A stretch of 38,377 bases of DNA. Source: Pelomyxa schiedti. Its lineage: Eukaryota > Protista > Evosea. Both the position numbers and the translations under genes were made by a program. The notes below the pieces were generated by a model that was given only the letters and a program-made list of their open reading frames with translations, ran no database searches and was not told where the DNA came from. Shown one piece after another: positions 13,153-32,814 of the stretch; position 1 is the first letter of the stretch; the number at the start of each line of letters is the position of its first letter. Where the stretch lies: positions 1 to 38,377 of the forward strand of contig JAHLWZ010000956.1 of assembly GCA_020536535.1 (NCBI GenBank). Direction: 5' to 3'.

Positions 13153-13429
13153 TAGCTCTCCTACTTATTGGGGAATCTGTGTCTGGTACCTGAGTGATCC
13201 TTACACCGGAGTGCACCTCTATTCTTGTCTCATCAACAGATCTTGCTGTGCTCAGAAGTTCCTCCTTTGTTTTTTTTTCAGGGAAAGACCCGTTCGCTTT
13301 TGTTAGTGCCGCAACAAAACAACAAAAAACAAAAGGGCTCGCCTTTCGGGGTCAGGTTTCGTGAGAAAAACCACCAAGCGAGCAACCACACCGTTCGAAC
13401 ACAGTGCCTTCGCACCCCATAATCGTGAA

Positions 13430-16400
13430 ATGTCGACCCCGTCGTCAACCTCGTCGCCCTCACACAAGCCCACCACGTCGTCGTCTTCGTCAGGCCTAAG
13501 GTCCTCCACGTCATCTACTACCACGTCCCACAAGCACGAACACGATCGGTCGAGCAGCTCCGCCAGCGAAAGCAGCGCGGTCGGGGCAGACGGCACGAAA
13601 ACCAAGGACAAGTCCTCAAGGGACAGAGACAGAGACAGGGACAGGGACGATCATGACAGAAGCACAAGCAAATCCTCCAAAGGCGACGATAGAGACAGGG
13701 ACAGGGACAGGGACAGGGACAGAGATAGAAGTGATAGAGATCGAGACAGGGACAGGGACAGAAGTGATAGAGACAGGGACCGTGACAGAGACAGGGACCG
13801 AGAGAGAGATAGAAGTGACAGGGACAGGGATCGTGACAGAGATAGGGATAGGGATAGGAGTGACAGGGACAGAGACCATGACAAGAGTGATCGGGACAGG
13901 GATCGTGATCGTGATCGTGACAGAGACAGAGACAGAAGTGACCGGGATCGAGATCGAGATCGAGACCGTGACCGTGACCGTGACCGTGACAGAAGCGATC
14001 GCGACCGGGATAGGAGTGAGCGAGACCGAGACCGCGATCATGATCACGATCGTGACCGACATAGGAGTGAGCGAGACGGAGACCGCGATCGTGACAGAGA
14101 CAGAGACCGAGACAGAGATCATGATAGGAGTGACCATGGCCGCGATCGTGACAGAGACAGAGATAAAGGGGACAGGGATTCAGAGAGAGACCATGATCGC
14201 GATAGAGACAAGACCAGAGATAAAGCCAAAGACAGGGATAAAGGGGGAAAGGAGAGCTCCCGGGATTCTAAGAGTGGAAAGACAAAAGAAGAGGCCGATG
14301 CCCTTGCACGTGAGGTTGAATCACTTCTCGCTACTCCTGCTTCGACACCCAAAACATCCTCTAGTGCTAGTACCAGCGCTGCTTCAAGTACACATTCCTC
14401 TCCTCCCACCACTCCAACAGTTGTCACCTCTAAATCTCCAGCCAACCCCTCTCAAACCCTCCCGAATATTCCCATTGACCTGCCATCACCCACAACTGTA
14501 GCACCAGCTCCTCCCCCCCGTCCTGCACAGTCTGCCCCTGCAGGCCCCCCTAAACGCCCAGCTGCCACCAAGCCGGATTCTAACTCGATAGTATCACAAA
14601 CTGCTGAATCTCCAGTCACAGAATCACCAAAAGTTTCCGTGAAATCTTCCCCTACAACTGTGGCAGAACCTGATTTGAAAGTTACTCCTAAAACACCAGC
14701 AGAAGCTTCAACTTCTTCCGCTGCAAGTTCGGCAGCTTCTTCCCAAGTCGCTGATGCTGATACCTATGGAGACGGATATGAAGCAGAAGTAGGCAACGAT
14801 CTTGAATACGGCTATACCCCTTCTCCTGTCTCACGTCCAACTGCAACTGCTGTTACAACCACAGCCTCTTCTAAATCTTATGAAAAACCCACCGACCAAG
14901 AGTACAAGACTAGGCTGTCAACAGAATTCGGAAAAGCTTGCAATGCTGCTGACTATAAAAATAATAATGCTCTGTACTCTGATAGGGAATGTGAAGTTCT
15001 TCAAGATTTATTCAGCTTCTTGATTACTAAAGCACCACGGTGGGTTCTCATCCTCGAGTTTCTTGTTCTTACCCCTCCCAGTGCGATTTATGACGCTTTC
15101 CTTTCAACTGCAGAATGTAGAGACCGATGGGATGATCTTGCAGATACTGTAGCAATTTTGTCTCTTGTAACAGATTCCACTCTCAGGTAAATCCTTAAAT
15201 ACAGATCTTACTCTAACGGCCCTTAGTTTTATGCATTATGCTATTGAACAGGAATTTTTGTGTTACCTCAATGATTTCACTGCTGCCTTCCGTGAAAATT
15301 CAATTGTAACAAAGATTTCTAAGACACTTCTTAGTATGCTTTCAACTTAACTCCCAACATCATTAACTAAAACCAGGGAAGATTGGTGCCAAATTTCTTG
15401 CCGATATGCTTGGCGATTTACTGAAAGCAGTTGTCGACGATTCTGATGCTTCCTATGAAATTGACCCAACGTTTGTTCTTTGAGTTAATCCAATTACAAA
15501 TTAAATGAAAAACAGAAAGCTTTCTAATGGCGAAGATGCGGAGACTAATAAAGCTCAGTTGCTGAAATCAGTTGATGCTCTTCTCAATGCTATAATCAAT
15601 TCAATGGATAGGATGCCACAGCCAATCAAGTAAGCTTCAAGACTTTTTCCAAACCACTGTTTTTTCCAAACTATAGAACCATTGCATGCTTTTTCTATGA
15701 ACTATCACAAAAACTATGCCCTGACGGCAAGCCACTTCCACTCGTTGGTGGTTTCTTGATACTGAGGTCAGTAGGGTGCCTTAACATTACGTATTGACCT
15801 CATTGAAGGTACATAAACCCTTCAGTTTTTTCTCCCGATACGTATGGCATTGTCCCTTCAGCAAAAGTTTCGCCCAAAGCTAGGAGAAACGTTATATTGA
15901 TGAGCAAAGTCCTCCAAGTAAATATCGGCATTCGTCTCCTCTATGACTAATGCAAAAAGAATTTGTCGAATGGAATTCTTTTTGGAAACAAAGAAGAATT
16001 CATGATAACACTTAACCCTTTCCTCGAAGAACGCATTCCAATGCTCCAACAAACTTTCTTGCGACTTGTAACTACACAGTCAAATTACATCAGAACCCCA
16101 ATAGGTATCACATGCTGACTGTATCCATGAAAATTGAAATTTACAACACAGAATATGAGCAGAGACCCCAAATAAAGGATTGGTTCCTCTTTCATCAGCT
16201 GCTTTTCGTCCTCACCAAGCATTTCAAGACGGAGGAGCTGGAGGGAACTGATCTAAAATGTACGTTCCTCTTTTTAGTGGGAAAGTCTTACAACCAAACC
16301 TCCAGATTATAAAGAAAAAATGCGACAACTGAATGTAATTGCCGGAAAGATTAACTATCTTGCACTCGATCCTGCAGAGCAAAGTTAGTCTCTCCTCTGT

Positions 16401-19153
16401 ACTCTCCTGTGACATTTTTCCTTCGGTTAGAATTTGTCAAGGACCTAGTGGCTTCACGAAATGCTGAAGTAACATACCTGGGAGGATTCACAAAGCAGGG
16501 TGACCCGGAAAAGAGCTTACTTGTTATCACACTTACAAGGATATACTTGATCAAGAGAATGAAGGTACTTCTGTCACTTACCAGGCACTTCATTTGATCA
16601 GTAAAGGTGGTTAGAGAGCACCACAGTTTCGAATTAACGGAAATCGTCAGTAACTCTCCGACTGAGGTGCCATTCTCTTCTTCTGCTTTTTTTTCCCTTT
16701 ACATGGTGTTCAGTTGCGATTTGTCTTCAGAAATGGACCCGAATTAGCTGGTGAAACTACAGATAGTGACGTGGTCAAATTTGTGCGTCGTGCTTTTTCT
16801 CCCAATTATTGCTGTGTTCCGGATCAGAATCGATTCAAAGTTACTGCAGTTCCAGAGAAAAGGTATTTCTTCTCACAAAAGTGAAATTGTGCTCATTTCC
16901 TTTCCCAGAGCAAAGCAAATTGTAATTCCCGGTATATAATTTCAGTCTTTGTTTCATAGTCTTATTTTTTTTTTTTAGAACAGTTGTGTGGTGGGTTTGT
17001 GGGTACATTCCGAGCAGCTTGTGACCAAGTAGGCATTCCCTACAATCCACTTCTGGGTGTTGAAATGGAGCAACTATTCAGAGACAATAAGACCATCAAT
17101 TTAAATTATTTCCCAGGCATTTTATCAGTGTTTGACGTTCTCTAACTTTATCACAGGGGACGAAGAGAAAGAAGATTCCGTTCTTCCTGACTTAGCTCCC
17201 GTTTTTCAAGCGTTGTGGTAGGCTCATCTCTTAATTTGGGGGAGAAAACAAAACTAACCCGTACCAGCCACAACAGACACTTCACAGGCATTGAGCTCCA
17301 TGATAGGCGAGTCGATCGCTGTGCCTCATTGCTAGCCGATCTTATGAAATTTAATTCCTCCCTCACATCATTGACTCTTGTAAATTCTCTGGGTCCTGAA
17401 AAAGCTTTCACAGGAATGTTCGAAGCAATGGGCTCAAACTCTGCGGTATGGTCCTCTTTTTCCCTGTTGTTAGCTTATTGGAGAGCAGTGCTCCTTGGAG
17501 TATCTTGACTTGAGCGACAATCCCTGTCTCGAAGACAAAGCACTTAGCTCTCTGGCGTTTTTCATACAGTCATCCAAACCACCCAAAGGATTTAAAGTGC
17601 TAAAACTGGCCAACTCCATCACCAGTGCCAAAGGATTTGCGCCACTCGTTGCTGCCTTAGTAGCCCTTACAAAGGTTTGATAATGAATCTATTATGCGGG
17701 AATAATACTCCGTTAGTCCTATCCAGATAATCCACTTTCGCTTCTTGATGTATCTCGGAACAAGCTTGGTGATTCTGTAACGCAACTTTCACAATGGCTG
17801 CTTCTAGGCCCAAAATCCCTCACAACCCTAAAAATAAATTCCACTGGCCCTTCTGGGGGTGCCAAGTTTGTTTCCTTCCTGTCAAGTATGAAGAATTGCC
17901 CGAATCTAGCTTCAGTGGACCTAGGTTCCAGTGTGTACTACTATATTATTGAGGTGCTTTAACGACACATTGTCAGTTAAAATCAACAAATCGGAGGAAT
18001 GTACTCCTGTCAGTAGATTATTATATGAGGGTCCTCTTACAGAGCTCAACCTTTCTGAATCTATTGGTAACCCTGCTCTGCTGCAGGTAGTTCTGTAGAG
18101 TAGCCTAGTACTTTCACTCATGGAAGAACAGGAAATACTGCCTGTTAGGAACCAGACTTCTCCTCTCAGCCTCACTCTCTCAAACACTCAGCTTGGGTTG
18201 TTGGGTGCCAAGATTCTCCATGAATCTAGTACGTACTTATTGCTCTCTTTTTTTGTTCAAACTAATACCCGACAGTACCAAGGCTCCGAGGAATAACTAC
18301 TCTGGATCTCTCTGGCACTGACATTGTACTCTTTCCTTAGAATAAAACGAATTTCCTAAAAACAACCTTAGGGGGATGATGGTGTAGGAGCTATTATGGA
18401 GGGTGTCCTTTTTACAAAGTCCATCCGTTACCTCAACTTCAATGGCTGCTTTGGGAAGGGCACACGATCCAGATCAGATGTTGTGCAGATGTTTGTAAGA
18501 TTGATTTCCTCTCCCGACTATCGCTCTCTTGAAAGTATGCAAAACAAAATTCTAGTTTTTGTCCCAAAACACTAACCGGAAATTAGAACTGCATATTGCT
18601 GGTGGTCCACGAGGCTGTCAGCTCTCCAAAACTCTGATACCTTTCTTGGAAGCTCTGGCCTCCAATCAATCACTCAAGGAGCTTAATGTATCTGGACATG
18701 CCTTTGGCAGTACCGGCGCAAGTGTTCTTGCCGGGGCTCTTAGGGTTCGTGACAAATACCCCGTACTTTTCACTTGTGTTAAAACTCAAACAAAGGTCAA
18801 CACACTCCTGACTGAAGTGTTCTGGGATGACAACTTAGTCGGAATGTCCGGCCTGTTGGCAGTGAGGGATGCTCTTAAAGTAAACTTCTTTTGATTTTGG
18901 TGATTTCTGACACTCAAAAAAACAACCACCTTATCAATAGATAAATGCCAGGATTAGAAGGAAAATACACATTCCAATGAATGACATTGCATCCCTACTT
19001 GCTGGATGCTCTGAAGATACCAAGAAAAAACTTCGTTCTATTCTGTTGGATGTGGGTGCATAACCAAATTCTTGTTACACCTTGAGTGAAGAAATAACAA
19101 AGAAAATTGTGCATAACTCCGTATACAAAGAAAAAATTGTTGCTTTTGTTTGA
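13430..19153 (+). CDS. Arg/Asp-repeat + RasGAP domain + CARMIL-like PH/LRR protein, multi-exon (alternative stop 19063)
   Basis: RasGAP motifs FRENSIVTK, YEIDP, GGFLILRYINPSVFSP, ILMSKVLQNLSNG. CARMIL-like linker CGGFVGTFRAACD..DLAPVFQALCHNRHF. Many LRRs (LEYLDLSDN, LLDVSRNKLG, LKELNVSGH, LTEVFWDDN). Confidence 0.85.
13620..14240 (+). repeat. Coding hexamer repeat encoding (Asp-Arg)n punctuated by RSD/H
   Basis: Runs of gacagg/gacaga/gatcgt/gaccgt over about 620 nt, about 200 aa of RD dipeptides; varied synonymous codons indicate conservation at protein level. Confidence 0.95.
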
Positions 19154-19182
19154 GGGAAGGGATGATCAAGGGAAGTGTGGCT

Positions 19183-25639
<6,457 letters not shown>

Positions 25640-25767
25640 CCCCAACCAATATTTTATTTTTTTTCCCTCCTGTTGTCAATTTCCCCGAAAAAACAATTTG
25701 CTTTGATTGGTTCGTTCCCTCAGGAGGCACAAAACCTCAAACAGGTTAATGCAAGTGTAGAATCTTC

Positions 25768-26409
25768 TTATAGCAGTGGCACAACAAAACGGAGACTCTG
25801 TGTATGTTCAGTTGAAGTATCGAAAAGTAGATGGTACTTGTGGAGTGAATCGTTGTAACTGGAACCGTAGTTTTTGGAGACCCAAGTGATACTGTGCATT
25901 TTTACATATGTGAAGTAAATTGCTCTGGGAGGAGTTGTGAAGTTCGGTAATCCTCTCACCGACTCTGCTGCAAAAAAAACATAGTGTTCAACCAGCGAGT
26001 GATCATTATGTCATACCATTGTGAGGAATGTGGAGTACAAAGTACCCAAGCTACCTCTTGTGTTGTGCGGAAATAGAACCAAGGTCCAGGTCCGGGTACA
26101 CCAACGTTGGTTTTGCTGGCACGAGTCCCTTGAGGGTACACAATGTACTATTCCCAAGCATTCTCACCAAGGGGAAGAAAAATGTATTGCTTGCCAGTAC
26201 CCTATCCAAATGTGAGGGCAGCGTCGAATTTGTACCATAGCCTGTTCCACAAGCGAAGACATTAGAGGAGAAAACCACTGGTAATTCCCATCCCATGCTC
26301 CCTCATTGATCTCAGACATTGTCACACAAAGTTTCTGACCCACAAGCCCATAGTATCCCTCAGCCGGACAACATATTTCGCCCCGAATGCAATGAAAGTG
26401 AGTAGTCAT
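25768..26409 (-). other. Unresolved coding-like region, possible small multi-exon hypothetical gene
   Basis: ATG at 26409, several short GT-AG intron candidates and short open exons fill the gap between two minus-strand genes, but no unique model or domain could be fixed. Confidence 0.3.
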
Positions 26410-26615
26410 GAGGCTTGTTACTGAGCCCGGAGGTTGTTGGTGTGTTGCTGCCCACAACCAAGACAAAGAAAAAAAAAAAAAAGAAATTTCGTTGCCTTTT
26501 TTGATTTAAGATGCGTGTCAGTCCACGTTTGTTTGGGAAGAGGTTTTTTTGCCAGTGGTGCTGTTGTTGTGTGTTGTGTTCTAGAACAACACATTAGGAT
26601 TGGGTGGAGGTGTTA

Positions 26616-27830
26616 TCAGGACTCTTCACTGCCCTTGTTTGGTGCGGTGTCTTTTTCCTTTTCCTTTTCATTTTCTCGTTCTTGCTCTTTTTCCCCCCCC
26701 CCACGTTAGTTTTGAAATATTTGTTTATTTTCTTGAGCATACCCCCAGAGGTAGCATTACTTGTGGGTGATGATGGAAGTGGAACTACTCTGATAACGCC
26801 TGTGTTCAACTGTTCTCTAGTCAAATTCTGAGAAAGCTGAGGTGTTGCTGCTGTAGTAGTAGTAGATGTGGTGGTTGAGGCCTGCGTTGATGCAGACACT
26901 ACATTTGAAGTTGGAACTGCAACGGGTACAGCTGAATTTGTTGAGTTGTGGTGTGTGGGAGTTGTTGATGTGACTCTGGGCCGAGATACATGCACATGTG
27001 GAGCCGTGTGAGGCGAATGTGAGTGCGGGTGTGAGTGTGGTTGTGGCTGTGATAGTGATAGTGAGCCTTGTGTGGGAATGGTGGATGATGACAATGCGGC
27101 GGTTAACAATTCTGTTGGGAGTGGGGGTGTGATTTGTGGTGATTGAGGGTTGTTGTATTGGGAGTAGGAACAAAGTGGTGAGGGACGGTTGTTCATTCCA
27201 ATCATTTTCGTTGGTGGTAGTGGAGAACTGTTCATCAGGGAATGCGAAAGTGTTGATGTTAATGGAATCGCTTCTGCATGTGTTTGTAAGAGCAGAGGAG
27301 GTAAATATGTTTGTGCGTGGGTGTGTGCACTTGGAATTGATGACGGCAATAGTTGTGAGGAAGGCAGTGATGTGTTAGTCATGGACACGAGGGGTGATAA
27401 GGACGCAGACGCTGATACAGATGAATGAGCACACTCCTTGATCAGAATTTCATCAGCTTTCTGTGCTATGTCTTGAGCCAGTTGCTTGACTCTGGCTGCC
27501 TCATCAGCACTTGTATTTTTCTTCTGTGCATCAAGGGCAGACTCTCTGATCATCTGACTCTTTGCCCTAATCTGGTTGGCAAAGGGTGAAGTGGGAGGTT
27601 GTTTGGGTTTTGTTCAAAAAAAAAAAAAAAAAAAAAATTAAAAAAATAGAAAAAAATAAAAAAAAAGGAGAGAAATTAGCAGTGCCCAAACAAGCACGAG
27701 GTCAGGCATCAAGTCGTGCATGTGCAAAACACTTTGCACTTGCCAGGAAAAAAAATAACGGAAAGTGCAAAACTCAACGTACTTGCCCCCAAGTGGCCTG
27801 CAAATCACTTCGACCGTCATCAGCCGACAT
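26616..27830 (-). CDS. Hypothetical protein: short helical N-terminus plus S/T/P/H low-complexity tail, 2 introns
   Basis: Exon 1 MSADDGRSDLQATWGQ|gtacgt joins over a poly-T intron to the long ORF IRAKSQMIRESALDAQKK...; last exon EQERENEKEKEKD..EES* after a gtatgc intron (unspliced stop 26594). Confidence 0.55.
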
Positions 27831-28267
27831 CCAGTTAATTGGAACTAACCAACACTCACGCTCCCAGCCAAAAGCTCCTTTACACGACTCACCGGGTTCT
27901 TTTCTGAATGTTATTTAATTGGCTTAGTGTGATTTTCTTCTTCTGCTTTTCACAGTACCAAAACAACCTAGACCCTGCCAAACTAGTACAAGATGCAACA
28001 AACCAAACCGAAAAGGTGACACAGCGAATTTCCTTTACGATCCTTCCTTTCTTCCCAGGCCCAGCCACCAGGTGCCTCGGAGCCCACTCAGAGGCCAAGC
28101 GCACCCAACCTATTTCTATTTCTAAACAATCCATCAAACAGTGGGAGCTTCCCACACTCATCAAAACCAGACCAAATTTGTTTTTCTCCAAAATGAACAC
28201 CCTCCTTCCAAGCTTCCAATGTGGCCCTTCATCGTCGTACGAGTGCGAGCCGCCGAAGTTGCAGTAG

Positions 28268-30126
<1,859 letters not shown>

Positions 30127-30317
30127 GCTTGCACTCATGGCAATAGCTAGCACGTTCCACTACTGGGAATAGAATTAATTCATATGTATAAGTACCCAAT
30201 TTGGGAATCTACAGAAAAAAAAACCATTTATTTGTTATACAATGTAACTGAATCCCGTCTTTCCTTGGCAACACTGGAGACGTAGTTCTTCAGTTGCTAT
30301 TTTCCAAAACAAAAATG

Positions 30318-31007
30318 TCAGTGTGTGCCGAATTTCTCTTGCAACTGTGACACAAGGGCTGCATCGCGCAGATATGCTCCCATATCGATGCAACCACTCA
30401 GACTTATGGGAGGGGCAGGATTTCCACCACCTCCACGTCCTCCCCTATTTCCACCCCCTCTGCCGCCCCTATTCTTCGCCCCTCCTCCCCGGTTGGCGCT
30501 GTTATGGGTTTTTCCACCACCCCTCTGTGTCATGAAGCCATCCAGGCACATTGCTATATTCACAGGGTCGGTTCCAGGCACGCTGGCCCAGTCCGCCGCA
30601 ATGACTTCCCGCGGGGCCCCCAGGGCCGCCAGCAGCCCGCCAACGACGACGCCTGTGCGGTCCTTGCCGGACCTGCAGTGGACCAGTGCCGGGGTCTCGC
30701 AGTCGGCCAGGGCCCGCAGCACCTCGTGCAGCCAGTCGCGCACGACCGGGTCGGTGGACTCGTACCTCTCGGCCTGCGCGTCCGCGGGGAGGTGCACCCA
30801 GCCGGTCAACGCGGGGACCTGCGGCCAGGCGCGGGGGTCGTCCTCCTCGGGCCGCAGGTTGATCACGGTCCTGGGGCTGCCCACCGACTCCCACGAGCAG
30901 TAGGCGATCACGCCGCCCCTGTAAAGAACGCCCTTGCGCAGGTACTGCGCGACGTCGGGGCTGGTCGCGGCGTCGCGCCAGTTGATGCACTCGAGGCTTC
31001 TGGCCAT
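30318..31007 (-). CDS. Protein tyrosine/serine phosphatase (PtpB/IphP-like, CX5R) with RGG-rich tail, intronless
   Basis: INWRDAA..LRKGVLYRGG, TVINLR..E, P-loop LVHCRSGKDRTG, LGAPREVIAADW; tail NRGGGAKNRGGRGGGNRGGRGGGG. Confidence 0.85.
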   Translation of the reverse strand: MARSLECINWRDAATSPDVAQYLRKGVLYRGGVIAYCSWESVGSPRTVINLRPEEDDPRAWPQVPALTGWVHLPADAQAERYESTDPVVRDWLHEVLRALADCETPALVHCRSGKDRTGVVVGGLLAALGAPREVIAADWASVPGTDPVNIAMCLDGFMTQRGGGKTHNSANRGGGAKNRGGRGGGNRGGRGGGGNPAPPISLSGCIDMGAYLRDAALVSQLQEKFGTH

Positions 31008-31193
31008 AATGCCTTGTGTGTGGTTGGATTGATTGTTCTTGCTTCTGAGAAGGGCACAGAACGAAACGGTTTCAAGGTGAAAAATCAAAAGAAAATAACC
31101 CATAATGCCAGCAAACTTTTTTTTGTGTGTTCTGGCTCACAGCAGAAAACCACTGACAGTTGCACAGTGGTTCTGGTTGTTCTGGTCAGAATG

Positions 31194-31252
31194 TCTGGCT
31201 GCTGGCTGCTTGCTGCTGGCTTCTGGCTGCTGGCTGCTGGCTGCTGGCTGCT
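31194..31252. repeat. Imperfect heptamer tandem repeat (TGGCTGC)n
   Basis: About 8 units: tctggctgctggctgcttgctgctggcttctggctgctggctgctggctgctggctgct. Confidence 0.9.
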
Positions 31253-31360
31253 CAGCACACAGATCCTGTCTGGTGCCTGCTTGCAAACTGCACAGTTTAC
31301 CCTCAACCACAAGAGTGCTTTATGAGGTGGGTTTTCTGGGGAGAAAAAAAAAAAACAGAA

Positions 31361-31791
31361 TCAAGGAGGAATGAAGAATGGGTTATTTTCTTTCGATTTT
31401 TCAGGAGGTTGCCTTGGTGGGACTGCGACTGGGACTGGGGCTGGGACCACTGTTGTTGTAGTCGTTGCTGCTCCATAGTAGTCATCTTGTTCTTGTTCTT
31501 GCTCTTGCTCTTGATCTTGATCTTGATCTTGTTCTTGTTCTTGTTCAAAAGGAATTCCACCCTTGTGTATTGTGTACAACCAATGTTCCTTGATCTGCCT
31601 AAACACAAGTAAGTCATTATAATTATAAAATTAATCGTAAATTACTTTGCACTGCGGCCTGTAAACCGCCTAGCAACCAGTTGGGCCTGTTCTAATGTGG
31701 GGTCAACAACTGTTTGTAAGCTTAGGGCTGCAACAACATCTAAAAAGGTGCCATGTTCAGCAACGCTCCATTTGCCTTTGTGTCCAGGCAT
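31361..31791 (-). CDS. Small Myb/SANT-domain protein (127 aa, 1 intron) with acidic QE/QD tail
   Basis: Exon 31791-31646, GT-AG intron 31645-31599, exon 31598-31361 give MPGHKGKWSVAEHGTFLDVV...VARRFTGRSAKQIKEHWLYTI, matching the Myb pattern KGxWxxxE...IAxxFxGRxxKQxxExW. Confidence 0.8.
31485..31545 (-). repeat. Hexamer repeat (tcttgH)n encoding EQ/DQ dipeptides in the Myb protein
   Basis: About 10 units of tcttgt/tcttgc/tcttga on the + strand. Confidence 0.9.
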
Positions 31792-32016
31792 GTTTCATTT
31801 GGTTTTTTTTGTTTGGTTTTTTTTGTTTGTTTGTTTTTTTGTTTTGGTTTTTGCGGTTCTGTTTGTGTTGCCTTTTGGTTTTTGGGGCTTTGGGTTCTTT
31901 GGGACTTTTGGGTTGTGCATACACATATGCTTCACCGAAGAAGATTTGTGCATAGCGGGGTATTTCTTAACTTCATTTTTTAAAAAAAAAACCCGGCATA
32001 CTAGGGAAAACTCTGC

Positions 32017-32814
32017 ATGGACTTTGCTCAACTTGCATGTCAATCAGGATGCTGCTACTCCTCTGTGGATTTTAAGGTATTTCCGGGTGTACACTTCCTT
32101 TGTAACTTCTATTAAGATGCTCTTTGGTTTAACACCAGAACAAACTCAGTGTGTATGGGAGAAGTACTTTGTGAACACAGGGTATTTTGAGGTGGTACCC
32201 TATTGAGCATCAAGCAGCATTGTATCCCCTGAGACATATGTCGCTACCATCTCTGGGAAATCATCGACTACTGTTTTGATCATCTCCAAGAGGTTGATCA
32301 ACCTTTCCACTTAGTTGAAATAACAAGCATAAGATCCACTTTGAGGATCGATTTGAACAACAGCGCCCTGGTGGTCTATTTGCTGATATACTGTGGGCTG
32401 TGGATGGCACCTGTTGTGCCATATCCCGGCCCAAAAACTACTCCTTACAGAATTTGAGAGAGAGGTTAGCGAGGCGAATTTGGCCTGGCTGACAAAGGCT
32501 ACCAAGGGGCCAGAGAGTTGGTTATGCCATACAAGGGGCTCCTTGGCCATTTGAATGAAGACTTTGTAAATCATACTTTTTACCACCATCCCGCTAACCT
32601 CTCTCCATAGACAACTTTCAACCAAGTTCACTCTGCGGTCCGCATTGTAGTGGAACATACAAACGCATGGTTAAAGCACTGGATGTGCTTGAGTGAAGAC
32701 TGGCGCCACTCATACTTCAAGCTTAACGAAGCCTTCTTCATAGTAGCCAGTCTGACGAATATTTCCATCCAGGACTCCCCCATTCACTCCACACTCTCTC
32801 CTTATTTATTTTAA
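32017..32814 (+). pseudogene. DDE_Tnp_4 (PIF/Harbinger/IS5-ISL2 type) transposase remnant with 3 introns
   Basis: Spliced pieces MLFGLTPEQTQCVW, LRWYPIE, LWEIID..LQEIHFEDRF, WAVDGTCCAISRP, GEFGLADKGYQG..LVMPYKG, FNQVHSAVRIVVEHTNAWLKHWMCLSEDWRH..AFFIVASLTNI. Introns 32077-32116, 32293-32333, 32566-32610. Frameshifts near 32180-32240 and an internal deletion near 32455. Confidence 0.85.

Noticed and set aside
13620-14240. Possible CRISPR-like or satellite array
   Set aside because: No repeat-spacer structure; it is a coding dipeptide repeat within a long ORF.
13616-14501. Long alternative-frame and antisense ORFs (VSVSV, SLSLS, TETGT repeats)
   Set aside because: By-products of the stop-free RD hexamer repeat.
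25990-26100. Ran-like (LPLVLCGN), ZPR1-like (IMSYHCEECG) or IFI44-like (LRDTMGL, nearby on the minus strand) assignment
   Set aside because: Isolated short motifs in conflicting frames and strands without supporting motifs.
31795-31915. T/G-rich tract giving Phe-rich and Lys-rich ORFs
   Set aside because: Low-complexity leader upstream of the Myb ATG, similar to other A/C-rich leaders in the window.
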